Part shown: piece by piece, positions 1-8,817 of the stretch
How the letters are laid out: each line of letters begins with the position of its first letter
Position numbering within the stretch: the first letter of the stretch is position 1
Assembly (NCBI GenBank): GCA_041666865.1
Contig: JBAYGD010000003.1
Span: forward strand, 51,642 to 115,641
DNA: 64,000 nucleotides
Reading direction: 5' to 3'
Source of the DNA: Candidatus Omnitrophota bacterium
GTDB lineage: Bacteria; Omnitrophota; Omnitrophia; Omnitrophales; Aquincolibacteriaceae
The notes under the pieces: model-generated
What the model was told of the DNA's origin: nothing
The model's database searches: none
The model's input: the letters and a program-made list of their open reading frames with translations, nothing else
Translations under genes and position numbers: made by a program

Positions 1-343
1 GGCCCGCGGCAAAAGCCTCGCTGAACCGCTCGAACCCGCAGATCCGGATGTTGCGTTCAAGAAGCGCGCGTGTCGTCGCCGGAATCCGGAGCACCTCGGC
101 AAACATCCGGCCAAAATGGCCGTATTGTCGGCGCACCAGGGCCCAGCGTTCCTTCTCGCTCAGGTCCCCTCCAAGGGCCGCCTTAAGATCGGCATAGGCC
201 ACCGAGCGCCGGCTGTGCAGGTAAAAAGCTGCCCATCCGAGCAGGGAGCCCACCGCACCGGCAAGGCGCTCCGGCATCCATTGAAAAAACCGGGCGGCAA
301 GCTGCAGAGCCCCACAGCCGAGAACATCAAGAAGGCGTTTCAT
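1..343 (-). CDS. Lipid A biosynthesis acyltransferase (LpxL/HtrB lysophospholipid-acyltransferase family), 3' end beyond window start (partial)
   Basis: Not in ORF track (edge-truncated). Manual minus-strand translation from ATG 343..341 gives MKRLLDVLGCGALQLAARFFQWMPERLAGAVGSLLGWAAFYLHSRRSVAYADLKAALGGDLSEKERWALVRRQYGHFGRMFAEVLRIPATTRALLERNIRICGFERFSEAFAAG..., which fits the LpxL N-terminal architecture (hydrophobic anchor, then AYADL...E.ER motif region). Alternative in-frame ATGs at ~358 and ~373 lie inside the repeat. Confidence 0.55.
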   Translation of the reverse strand, partial: MKRLLDVLGCGALQLAARFFQWMPERLAGAVGSLLGWAAFYLHSRRSVAYADLKAALGGDLSEKERWALVRRQYGHFGRMFAEVLRIPATTRALLERNIRICGFERFSEAFAAG

Positions 344-1751
344 TCGGACAGTTTTCATCCGGACGGTTCTCATCCGAACAGTTCTCGTCCGGACGGTTCA
401 CATCCGGGAGGTTCACATCCGGACGGTTCTCATCCGGGAGGTTCTCATCTGGACGGTTTTCATCCGAACGGTTCTCATTCGGACGGTTTTCATTCGGACG
501 ATTTTCACGCGTCCGGTTTTCATTCGGACGGTTATCCCGCGACCGGTTCCCATTCGGACGGTTATCCCGCGACCGGTTCCCGTTCGGACGGTTATCCCGC
601 GACCGGTTCCCGTTCGGACGGTTATCCCGCGGGCGGTTCCCGTTCGGACGGTTATCCCGCGGGCGGTTATCATTCGGACGATCTTCACGCGGGCGGTTCT
701 CGCGCGGCAGTCCGCCGATCCAAGCGGTCAATTTAGAAATCAGGGCATCTTCGCCGGAGGAAATGCGCAGGCGCGTGGCCAAGATCAGCGGATTGAGGAT
801 TTCGGCGATTAACTTCGGGCTCCGGCAATAATCCTTTTCGGTGGTGATAATCTCATCGACCGAGGCCGACTCGCTGACACGCTTGATTTCCGTGAAGTCT
901 CCGGCCGTAAACGCGTGATGGTCGGGAAACTCGAAGTTCCGGACCGGCTTGATGCCGCAGTGGGACAAAAGCGCCTGAAAGGAGCGCGGCGTGCCGATGC
1001 CGGCAAAGGTCGTGACCCGCTGATTGCGCAGGCGGTCGATCATCACGCGCATTCTTTTTTTCGCCCGGTAGAAAAACAGGGGCTCCAGCAGGGCCTCCAC
1101 CAAAAGCGCTTTCGGGGCAGCCTTTGAGAGTTGGGCCCGAAGCCCCTCGAGCTGTTTGGCCTCGAGCAAGTTCGCATGGGTGATGACCACCACGTGGGCG
1201 CGATCCAGCAGCGTGAGGGGCTCGCGCAGGATTCCCCGGGGAATCAGCTTCCCGTTTCCGAAGGGGTTCAGGGCATTGAGGGTGATGATTTCCAAATCGC
1301 GACGGACCGGGAAATGCTGGAACCCGTCGTCCAGGACGGCCAAGCGGATGGGGGCTTGAGCAGCCATGCGAAGCGCCACCTCGGCCCGGTTCGCTCCGAC
1401 TCCGAAAAGGGCCCTGGGAAGCTGACGCTTCATTTGTTCGATTTCATCGTGACAGTAGCCGCGCGTCAGCACAAGGGGCGTCGCGCCGCGCTCGCCGGCT
1501 CGGCGGCACAAATACTCGACAAGCGGGGTTTTTCCCGTCCCTCCCCACGAAAGATTCCCGACGCTGATGACGGGAAACGGAAGCTTGGTTCTCTTGAGCT
1601 TGTCACGCTCATAAAGAGAGCGCCGCAACGCGGCGGCGGCTCCGTAAATCCACGCCGCCATTTCCAGGACGGGGCCCCAAAGCCTGGCCCCGAGGCCTCT
1701 CTCATTGCCTTCCGCTAGCCGCCGGAAATAATTTCTGATCGCATACCCCAT
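327..1751 (-). CDS. lpxK: Tetraacyldisaccharide 4'-kinase LpxK with ~140-aa C-terminal pentapeptide-repeat tail
   Basis: P-loop SVGNLSWGGTGKTPLVEYL and overall LpxK-like sequence. ORF is 474 aa against a typical ~330; C-terminus is (D/E)NRP(N/D) x ~25 encoded by the tandem repeat. Confidence 0.8.
   Translation of the reverse strand: MGYAIRNYFRRLAEGNERGLGARLWGPVLEMAAWIYGAAAALRRSLYERDKLKRTKLPFPVISVGNLSWGGTGKTPLVEYLCRRAGERGATPLVLTRGYCHDEIEQMKRQLPRALFGVGANRAEVALRMAAQAPIRLAVLDDGFQHFPVRRDLEIITLNALNPFGNGKLIPRGILREPLTLLDRAHVVVITHANLLEAKQLEGLRAQLSKAAPKALLVEALLEPLFFYRAKKRMRVMIDRLRNQRVTTFAGIGTPRSFQALLSHCGIKPVRNFEFPDHHAFTAGDFTEIKRVSESASVDEIITTEKDYCRSPKLIAEILNPLILATRLRISSGEDALISKLTAWIGGLPRENRPREDRPNDNRPRDNRPNGNRPRDNRPNGNRSRDNRPNGNRSRDNRPNGNRSRDNRPNENRTRENRPNENRPNENRSDENRPDENLPDENRPDVNLPDVNRPDENCSDENRPDENCPNETPS
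340..720. repeat. Tandem repeat, 15-bp unit (consensus CGGACGGTTCTCATC, ~25 copies), with five near-identical 30-bp super-units at 521-670
   Basis: Seen directly in the sequence. Period of 5 codons keeps all frames open: the plus frame reads HPDGS repeats, the lpxK frame reads ENRPD repeats. Confidence 0.9.
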
Positions 1752-3120
1752 GGTTTTTCATTTCCTCCGATGGTTGGTTCATGAAAGTCCCGAGCCAGTC
1801 CAGATGCCTGGGAGTCGCCCCCCGCAGGTTGACCACCGCGCGACAAGCGTTCGCCCCCATGGCGGACGCCGACGCCGGATCGCCGAGGAGCTCCTGCAGC
1901 GCCTCCTCAAGCTCCGGTTCACCTGCCACAAGCCTCCCCCCCCGGGACTCGCTGAGGGTTTGATAGATTTTCTCGAAATTAAAAACATGCGGCCCGTACA
2001 AAACCGGGCACCCGACAGACGCAGGCTCAATGGGATTTTGCCCGCCGTGCCGGACCCAGCTGCCTCCCAAAAAGGCAGCGGCCGCCACCGCATACATTTT
2101 GTTCAAAAGACCCATCGCATCCAAAATCAGGACGTCGAATTCGGCGCGCCCGTCCGTTTCGCTCGCGAGGCGTACGCTCAATCCCGCCTGGGTCAGCAAA
2201 CCCCGCACCTGAGGCGTCCGTTCGACGTGCCGCGGCGCCAGGACCCACTTGAGCGCGAGCCCGCGCCGGCGCAGAGCGAGAAAAACTCGCGCCAATTTTT
2301 CTTCCTCCCCAGGGTGCGTGCTCCCGGAAATCCAGATCTTGTCCTGCGGCCCAAAGCCGTACTGCCCGCGCAGCGCGCGGCGCTCTCCGTCGCTCACGCC
2401 TTCAAAAGAAGCGTTGTCGAATTTCATGTTCCCCAAAACCCGGATGTTTCCGCGTGCCGCACCCATGCCGTCAAAGCGCCCGGCATCTTCTTCGGTCTGG
2501 GCGAGCACAAAAGCAAGCGCCTTAAAGACCGGCCCGAGCAGGAACCTCAGCAGGCGGTAGCGCCGGAACGCGCGGGGCGAAAGACGCGCGTTGACAATGC
2601 CGATCGGGGTCCCTCGGCGAACGCCTTCCAGGACCAAGTTCGGCCAAATTTCGGTTTCCACCAGGAGAATCGCCTGCGGGCGGATCGTTGCAAAAAACCT
2701 TCTAACGGCAAATGAAAAATCGAAGGGGTAGTACCCCACCAGCACCCGATCCCCCGCCAGGGTCTGGGCCACCTTTTGCCCCGTGCCCGTCACCGTCGTC
2801 AGCACAATGGAATGAGACGGAAACCGGGCAAGGAATTCCTCGACGAACTTGCGGACGGCCATCACCTCGCCGACGCTGACGGCGTGGATCCAGACCGTCT
2901 TTTTGCCGTGAAGCCGCGCCGGCCAGTTTTCAGGAAGCTTCCCGAAGCGTTCCCTCATCAGCCGTGCGGGATCTTCGGCCTGCCGGATCTTGACGCGGAA
3001 AACGGGAAGGTACGCCAGGGAGAACAGGAAGAAAACCGCGTTGAAAAACCACCGGGCGGCCGCGTCCGCCACCCGGCTTCCGTAGACGGCGGGCTCAGGC
3101 CCTTGGATGCGCTGCATCAT
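1702..3120 (-). CDS. waaA: 3-deoxy-D-manno-octulosonic acid (Kdo) transferase
   Basis: 472 aa; N-terminal TM helix, HAVSVGEV motif, glycosyltransferase family 30 architecture; overlaps lpxK start. Confidence 0.8.
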   Translation of the reverse strand: MMQRIQGPEPAVYGSRVADAAARWFFNAVFFLFSLAYLPVFRVKIRQAEDPARLMRERFGKLPENWPARLHGKKTVWIHAVSVGEVMAVRKFVEEFLARFPSHSIVLTTVTGTGQKVAQTLAGDRVLVGYYPFDFSFAVRRFFATIRPQAILLVETEIWPNLVLEGVRRGTPIGIVNARLSPRAFRRYRLLRFLLGPVFKALAFVLAQTEEDAGRFDGMGAARGNIRVLGNMKFDNASFEGVSDGERRALRGQYGFGPQDKIWISGSTHPGEEEKLARVFLALRRRGLALKWVLAPRHVERTPQVRGLLTQAGLSVRLASETDGRAEFDVLILDAMGLLNKMYAVAAAAFLGGSWVRHGGQNPIEPASVGCPVLYGPHVFNFEKIYQTLSESRGGRLVAGEPELEEALQELLGDPASASAMGANACRAVVNLRGATPRHLDWLGTFMNQPSEEMKNHGVCDQKLFPAASGRQ

Positions 3121-3973
3121 AGGCCTCCTTGAGCCGTTTGGTTGTCACGTGCGTGTAGATCTGCGTCGTCGACAGGTTCTCATGGCCCAGGAGTTCCTGG
3201 ACGCTCCTCAAATCGGCGCCACGGTCCAGCATGTGGGTCGCAAACGAGTGCCTCAGCATATGAGGAGAAACTTCCTTACCGAGGCCGATGCGCTTCGAAT
3301 ATTTCAGAATCATGCGCCGTACGCTCCGGTCCGTCAGCCGGCCGCCGCGGCGGTTGACGAAAAGCGGTTTTTTGAGCGCGCCGTTTTCGTCGCGCGGCGG
3401 CTTCGTCTCGAGGTATTGCGCGATCGCCTGCAAAGCCACGCCGCCCATCGGCACGATCCGCTCCTTTTTGCCCTTGCCGCGCACTCTCACCAGGCCGCTG
3501 AAAACATCCAGGTCGTCGTGATTCAAGCCCACCAACTCGCTCACCCGAAGACCCGAGCTGTAGAGGGTCTCGAGAATCGCTTTGTCCCGCTTTTCCTTCC
3601 AGTTCTGTTTCGAGGGGGCCTCGAGCAGGCTCGTCACTTCATTCAAGTCAAGAAACCGCGGCAGGCGCTTGTCCCGCTTGGGGCTTGCGATATGCGCCGC
3701 GGGGCTGGCCTTGAGAACATTCTCGCGCACCAGGTATTTGAAAAAGGACCGCAGGCAGGCCAGCTTCCTGGAAATCGAGCTTTTGGAGTAGGCGCGCTCT
3801 TTGAGGACGGCCAAAAACGCTCGAATGTCGAGCGGGCCGATCTCGGCCACCTCTTTGGCCCCGAGCGTCTCGCAGAATTCCCTCAGATCAACGTGGTAAT
3901 TCTTCGTGGTGTGGCCCGATGCTTCTTTCTCGGCTGAAAGAAACTCCAGAAAGGCCTTGATCCATTTATCCAT
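3095..3973 (-). CDS. Tyrosine site-specific recombinase, XerC/XerD family
   Basis: 292 aa; N-terminal SAM-like domain and C-terminal catalytic region with R...HxxR...Y (LRHSFATHML...TQIYTHV). Confidence 0.8.
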   Translation of the reverse strand: MDKWIKAFLEFLSAEKEASGHTTKNYHVDLREFCETLGAKEVAEIGPLDIRAFLAVLKERAYSKSSISRKLACLRSFFKYLVRENVLKASPAAHIASPKRDKRLPRFLDLNEVTSLLEAPSKQNWKEKRDKAILETLYSSGLRVSELVGLNHDDLDVFSGLVRVRGKGKKERIVPMGGVALQAIAQYLETKPPRDENGALKKPLFVNRRGGRLTDRSVRRMILKYSKRIGLGKEVSPHMLRHSFATHMLDRGADLRSVQELLGHENLSTTQIYTHVTTKRLKEAYDAAHPRA

Positions 3974-6423
3974 TAGGGCCCTAACGTTTCACGGTCCGCT
4001 TCCGAGATCTTGTCGTCGTCCCCGAGCTCGTCTTCTGTCTTCGGAAGGCGGTTCACCAAATAAGTGCACTTAGGATATTTGGAGCAACCGTAAAACGTCC
4101 TTCGCTTTTTAGACATCCGTTTGACCAGTTCCCCCCCGCATCCGGGTTCCGGGCAGAAATGCCCGGTGGGAATCGAACGCGTAAATTTGCAATCCGGAAA
4201 TCCCGTACAGGCCATGAATTTCCCGAAGCGCCCCCACTTCATCACGAGCGGCTTCGCGCAAACGTCGCAGACATAGTCGGTGGGGGTCACTTCCCTGCGT
4301 ATGTTTTGCATCTCGTTTTTGGCGGCCTGAATATCGGCCTCGAACGGGCCGTAAAAAGTCTTGAGGACGCTCGTCCACTCCACCTGGCCGTCCTCGATTT
4401 TGTCGAGCTCCTCTTCCATCTCGGCCGTAAAAAAAACGTCGACAATTCTCGGAAAATGCTTGATCAAAAGCACGGCCACGATCTCGCCGAGCTCGGTGGG
4501 CATGAGGGCGCTTCCCTTGCGGCCGACGTAATCGCGGCTAAGCAGGGTATAGATTGTCGGGGCATACGTGCTCGGCCGGCCGATCCCCCTCTCTTCGAGG
4601 ATCTTGACGAGGCTGGCATCATTGTAGCGGCTCGGCGGCTTCGTAAAATGCTGATACCCCATGAGCTCATGCAGTTTCAGGATTTCTCCCTCCGAAAGGT
4701 TCGGGAGTTCACCGGGGGTGGCTTCCTCCTCGGCCTCCGACCCCTTGAGCGCGTCTTTGCCGTTTTCCGGCCCCTCGGCCGCAAGCTCCTCTTTGGCCGG
4801 CACCATCAGAATGTCGAATCCCGGAAAAAGGTTGCGCCGTCCCGAAGACCTAAAGTGGTAGCGGTCTCCGGCGGCAATCGCGACGGAGATCTGTTCGTCG
4901 ACGGCCGGAACCATCTGGCTGCCGAGAAACTTCCTCCAGATCAGATCATAAAGTTTGTATTCATCCTCTTCGAGCGCGTAGCGAATCGACTCCGGGTCGC
5001 GCCGGGCCGAAGTCGGACGGACCGCTTCGTGCGCCTCTTGCGCGCCTTTTTTAGATTTGTACACGGGAGGCTTCTCCGGAAGATATTCGGGGCCGAATTT
5101 GGCGCGGATGAACTCGGCCGCTTCGGCTTGCGCGGAAACCGCCACATGGACGGAGTCCGTTCTCATGTAACTGATCAAACCGACGCTCCCTTCTTCGCGC
5201 AGCTCCACCCCTTCGTAGAGCCTCTGGGCAATTTTCATCGTTTTCGCCGCGGGAAAACGCAGGCGGTTAAAGGCCTCCTGCTGGAGCTTGCTGGTCGTAA
5301 AGGGGGGCTGAGTTTTTCGGACGCGCTCTTTGCGCTCAACGCGCTCGACGCGAAAAGGCAGGCTCAGAATTTCCTGCCGTGCCGCTTCCGTGACGTCGCG
5401 GACCTTCAGGTCGGCCTTTTCATCGCCGATCCGGTCCAGCTTCGTCAAAAAAATCTTCCCTTCGTTTTCCGGCTTCTCGGAAGCAACTTTCGCCTCCAAC
5501 GTCCAGTACTCGACCGCCGTGAAGTCGCGGATCTCCTGCTCGCGCTCGACGATCAGACGCAGGGCCACCGACTGGACGCGCCCCGCACTAAGGCCTCGGC
5601 CGACTTTGCGCCACAAAAGAGGGCTTAATTCATAGCCTACGATACGGTCGAGAATCCTCCGGGCCTGCTGCGCGTCCACCAGGTTTTTCGCGATTTCGCG
5701 GGGGTGATGAAAAGCCTCCTGAATGGCCTCTTTTGTGATTTCGTTGAAAACGACACGCTGGATTGCAGCCTCCGGATTTTCGATGCCGAAGATGTACGCC
5801 AGGTGCCAGCTGATCGCCTCTCCTTCGCGGTCCGGGTCGGCAGCGAGGTAGATGTGGGTTTTTCCCTTCGCCTGCGCCTTGAGGTGCTTGACCGTCTTGG
5901 AGGCTTTCCGGATGATGATGTACTCGGGCTCGAAGTTGTTCTGGATATTGACCCCCATTTTACTTCTCGGGAGGTCCCGGACGTGCCCCATGGAAGCCTC
6001 GACCTGATAGTCCTGGCCGAGGAATTTATTGATCGTCTTGGCCTTGGCCGGCGATTCGACAATCACCAGATTTGCAGGCCCCCCGGACACCTTGGATTTT
6101 TTTGGGGACGATTTCTTTTTCGGGGCCCCTGCGGATTTTTTACGGGGCGGCTTTTCGACGGTAGGCGGCTCTTCGGCAGCAGACGGTCCTTCGGCGGCAG
6201 GCGGCTCTTCCGGGTCCGGCCTCCCGCCACCGACAAAATGCACGATTTCGATCCGGTCCCCTTCGGTCAACGGGCAGTGCTCCAGCTTTTCCCTTGGAAT
6301 CACAGCCTGGTTATGCTCCACCACAACCGTCTCCGGATCGACATCAAGGCGGCGAAGAAGCTCCCGCAGGGTGGCCGCTGAGTTGATTTCCTGTTTTTCC
6401 CCGTTAATGTATAAGTTCATCAT
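3973..6423 (-). CDS. topA: DNA topoisomerase I (type IA) with in-frame N-terminal ThiS/MoaD-like domain and K/P-rich linker
   Basis: IVESPAKAKTI and MGHVRDLP Toprim motifs, catalytic Tyr region, C-terminal Zn-ribbon Cys clusters. Residues 1-67 (MMNLYINGEKQ...IEIVHFVGGG) look like ThiS. Confidence 0.85.
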   Translation of the reverse strand: MMNLYINGEKQEINSAATLRELLRRLDVDPETVVVEHNQAVIPREKLEHCPLTEGDRIEIVHFVGGGRPDPEEPPAAEGPSAAEEPPTVEKPPRKKSAGAPKKKSSPKKSKVSGGPANLVIVESPAKAKTINKFLGQDYQVEASMGHVRDLPRSKMGVNIQNNFEPEYIIIRKASKTVKHLKAQAKGKTHIYLAADPDREGEAISWHLAYIFGIENPEAAIQRVVFNEITKEAIQEAFHHPREIAKNLVDAQQARRILDRIVGYELSPLLWRKVGRGLSAGRVQSVALRLIVEREQEIRDFTAVEYWTLEAKVASEKPENEGKIFLTKLDRIGDEKADLKVRDVTEAARQEILSLPFRVERVERKERVRKTQPPFTTSKLQQEAFNRLRFPAAKTMKIAQRLYEGVELREEGSVGLISYMRTDSVHVAVSAQAEAAEFIRAKFGPEYLPEKPPVYKSKKGAQEAHEAVRPTSARRDPESIRYALEEDEYKLYDLIWRKFLGSQMVPAVDEQISVAIAAGDRYHFRSSGRRNLFPGFDILMVPAKEELAAEGPENGKDALKGSEAEEEATPGELPNLSEGEILKLHELMGYQHFTKPPSRYNDASLVKILEERGIGRPSTYAPTIYTLLSRDYVGRKGSALMPTELGEIVAVLLIKHFPRIVDVFFTAEMEEELDKIEDGQVEWTSVLKTFYGPFEADIQAAKNEMQNIRREVTPTDYVCDVCAKPLVMKWGRFGKFMACTGFPDCKFTRSIPTGHFCPEPGCGGELVKRMSKKRRTFYGCSKYPKCTYLVNRLPKTEDELGDDDKISEADRETLGP

Positions 6424-6518
6424 AGGTTTTTTGGATTTTAATCAAAACCGGGTTGAATGTAAACGATAACTTTATCGGACGCTATTGAGATTTATTGAAC
6501 GGATTTTCCCATAAAGAC

Positions 6519-6914
6519 TTAAGAAACTTCGTCCCAGGGATCATTTCGGGGCGCAGAGGAAGGCGGACGAATTTTCTTGTTCGCCTCGGGGGCCATCTTG
6601 TACAGATTTTCGAGATGGAGGATCTGGGAATCACGGATCGCTTCTGTCTCGATCCGCTTGATGAGCCGCTTCAGAACGCCGATCCTCATTCCGAACTTCT
6701 CGATACAAAGAGTAGTCAACAAACGGGTTAGCAGATTGACATGAATCTCAAGGTCCTGCAAACGGTCTTCAGACTGGGCCGAAGTTTCCGTCAATTTTTC
6801 GATTTGCTTGCGGACCTCCGCCATTTCCGTATGAAAAGACAGCATCTGCTGAGGATCGGGAGCTTCGCTGGCCTTCCCGCAGTCCTTGGACTTCGCGGAT
6901 GCTTTCTTGGGCAT
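6519..6914 (-). CDS. Hypothetical small protein (K-rich N-terminus, predicted coiled coil)
   Basis: 131-aa ORF ending 95 bp upstream of topA on the same strand; no recognisable family. Coding status uncertain. Confidence 0.3.
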   Translation of the reverse strand: MPKKASAKSKDCGKASEAPDPQQMLSFHTEMAEVRKQIEKLTETSAQSEDRLQDLEIHVNLLTRLLTTLCIEKFGMRIGVLKRLIKRIETEAIRDSQILHLENLYKMAPEANKKIRPPSSAPRNDPWDEVS

Positions 6915-7028
6915 GGAGATTCGCTCCTTGAGTCGTCGTACCGGCTATCCGTCTATAAGACTAGCACCAAATCCACCCGGGCGCAAACTTACGGTCGTCG
7001 ACCAGGGCCCCTCTGAGCTTTTAAATAG

Positions 7029-7057
7029 CGCAGGGGCACGGCATGCCGTGCCCCTGC
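7029..7057 (-). terminator. Perfect GC-rich hairpin (13-bp stem, GCAGGGGCACGGC-ATG-GCCGTGCCCCTGC) downstream of the RDD gene
   Basis: Seen in sequence; on the minus strand it is followed by CTATTTAAAAG (moderately U-rich). Confidence 0.4.
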
Positions 7058-7098
7058 GTCTCCTTACATCAAATCAATGCCAATCGAGATACTAGTAG

Positions 7099-7512
7099 CT
7101 AGCCGCCTACCACCCTCGTTTTTGCCCAATTATCGGCAAGCCGCTCGCCCTTCGCGATCAGTGCGACCACTTCGACAATGTAGCCGATGACAAGAACAAA
7201 AGGGATCAAAAGCAGGACGTTGCGGATAAATGCCTGCGCAAGCGTCACCTTCGTACCCGTCAAACTGATCAATTTCGTTCCGACCATGGCCCGTCCGGGC
7301 GAATAAACCGCGTCACGGACAAGCAGCCAAGCGATATTGACCACGATCAAGATGATGCTCCGGACGAGATCCGGAACATTCAACAAAATGATTCCGATGA
7401 CCAGGCCAAGCACAATCGGGATGATGATCAAATCCACGATGCCTGCAGCAAAACGCTTCCCCTTCGATGCCGGTAACGGCCCCTGCATTCCCCCGCTGAT
7501 TGGATCCACCAT
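7099..7512 (-). CDS. RDD-family membrane protein
   Basis: Multiple TM helices with an R..D..D spacing; start moved to ATG 7512 with GGAGAG RBS. Confidence 0.55.
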   Translation of the reverse strand: MVDPISGGMQGPLPASKGKRFAAGIVDLIIIPIVLGLVIGIILLNVPDLVRSIILIVVNIAWLLVRDAVYSPGRAMVGTKLISLTGTKVTLAQAFIRNVLLLIPFVLVIGYIVEVVALIAKGERLADNWAKTRVVGG

Positions 7513-7639
7513 GAAACTCTCCTTTCCCTTAGTGAGCAAATCTCCGGTAACTGATAGGATGATATGCCATTTATTGCGATAACCTTGAATACATTATGCC
7601 TATTTTCGGTTGGGTCTGCAAGAAACTTTAAAAGAAAGC

Positions 7640-8770
7640 TCACCCGGTGGCAAGATAACGTCCGTCCCGCCGCCGGACGACCTTGCCAAGCACCTCGAGC
7701 CGGGTCAGGGTCATGACGGTTAACGCGGCCTCCAGAGAACACTTCCGGCTGATTTCTTCCATGGCAAGCGGACCCTCTCCCAGCGCTTTCAAAAGGATGG
7801 CTTCGCAGGGGTTGCCTCCCTCCTCGCCCTGCATGGGGACCGAACACGCAGACGCCCCGTCTTGGTCCGCAGAAGGGCACAAACGGGGCGGGCAGAGGGG
7901 TTGGCAGCGCGCCCTCAAGAGCATGGGCGCCAGCACTTCAAAAACGTCCCTGGGAGTCGCGGCAAAATTGGCGCCCTCTTTGAGAAGCCGGTGCGTGCCC
8001 AAGCTCGTCAGCTGATCGACCATGCCCGGCACGGCAAACACCTCACGCCCCTGGTCAGCGGCCTCATGGGCCGTAATCAAGGAGCCGCTCCGCTCATGTG
8101 CTTCGATCACAATGGTTCCGAGGGTCAATCCGGAAATGATGCGGTTGCGCCTCGGAAAATGCTCGGCCCTCGGGCGGGTCCCGAGAGCATATTCGGAAAC
8201 CACCGCGCCGCGGGAGGCGATTTTCCCGTAAATTCCTCGGCTGTCCTTCGGATAATCAACATCGAGACCGCAGCCCAGGACGGCAATCGTCCTACCGTGG
8301 GGAATTTCAAGCGAAGCCTCATGCGCCGAACGGTCGATCCCCCGCGCAAAACCGGAGACGATCGTCAGTCCTTTCTCGGCCAGTTCGCGCCCAAACCGCC
8401 TGGCCTGGCCCGTCCCGTAAAGACTTGGGTGGCGCGTTCCGACGATTGCGACGGCCGCTTCGTCGCATGGGAGGATCGAACCCGCCACGTAAAGAACCGG
8501 CGGAGGCCCCGGAATCTCGCGAAGCAACGCAGGATAATCTTCGTCAAAATAGGTGAGGATCCGGATCCCGAGCCGGCCGCACTCCTCGACTTCGCGCGCC
8601 GCGTCGAATGCGGGACCGTTGTCGTCTTGACGGGCCCGGCGCTCAAGAACGGTCTCGAGCAAATTCCCGGCCGGCACCTGCTGGTCGAGAAGCGCCGAGA
8701 TATCCCGCCCTTGGCCGTAGCGGTTTAGAAGCAGAAGCGTTTTGATCTCTTCGGGTCCGGGAGCGCTCAT
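7640..8770 (-). CDS. dprA: DNA processing protein DprA (Smf)
   Basis: Rossmann-like DprA core (GLTLGTIVIEAHERSGSLITA) and C-terminal winged-helix region. Confidence 0.8.
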   Translation of the reverse strand: MSAPGPEEIKTLLLLNRYGQGRDISALLDQQVPAGNLLETVLERRARQDDNGPAFDAAREVEECGRLGIRILTYFDEDYPALLREIPGPPPVLYVAGSILPCDEAAVAIVGTRHPSLYGTGQARRFGRELAEKGLTIVSGFARGIDRSAHEASLEIPHGRTIAVLGCGLDVDYPKDSRGIYGKIASRGAVVSEYALGTRPRAEHFPRRNRIISGLTLGTIVIEAHERSGSLITAHEAADQGREVFAVPGMVDQLTSLGTHRLLKEGANFAATPRDVFEVLAPMLLRARCQPLCPPRLCPSADQDGASACSVPMQGEEGGNPCEAILLKALGEGPLAMEEISRKCSLEAALTVMTLTRLEVLGKVVRRRDGRYLATG

Positions 8771-8817
8771 CGGCGCACCGTCATGATGGAATGGCAGGGA
8801 TCTTTCGGGAGAGGCAT

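Noticed and set aside
340-720. Possible CRISPR array
   Set aside because: Period is 15 bp with no spacers, units are degenerate, and the array lies inside an ORF. It is a microsatellite-like tandem repeat, not CRISPR.
116-736. Plus-strand 206-aa ORF reading the tandem repeat as HPDGS-type repeats
   Set aside because: It is open only because the repeat period is 5 codons. The non-repeat N-terminus is R/K/P/A-rich antisense-type sequence and actually opposes the real lpxL-family coding frame on the minus strand.
4159-5628. Long plus-strand ORFs (e.g. 4159-5628, 12227-13294, 17700-19172, 30476-32209, 32284-33693, 36058-37371, 42078-44000, 47053-48465, 48375-49448, 62340-63239)
   Set aside because: All lie antisense to well-supported minus-strand genes, have R/P/G/A-rich composition typical of GC-rich antisense frames, and show no domain motifs.
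6915-7098. Searched the larger spacers (6915-7098, 20143-20426, 41637-41807, 57574-57750) for tRNA genes
   Set aside because: No T-arm GTTCGAATC-type motif with acceptor-stem pairing was found. The structures present are simple hairpins or the MITE.
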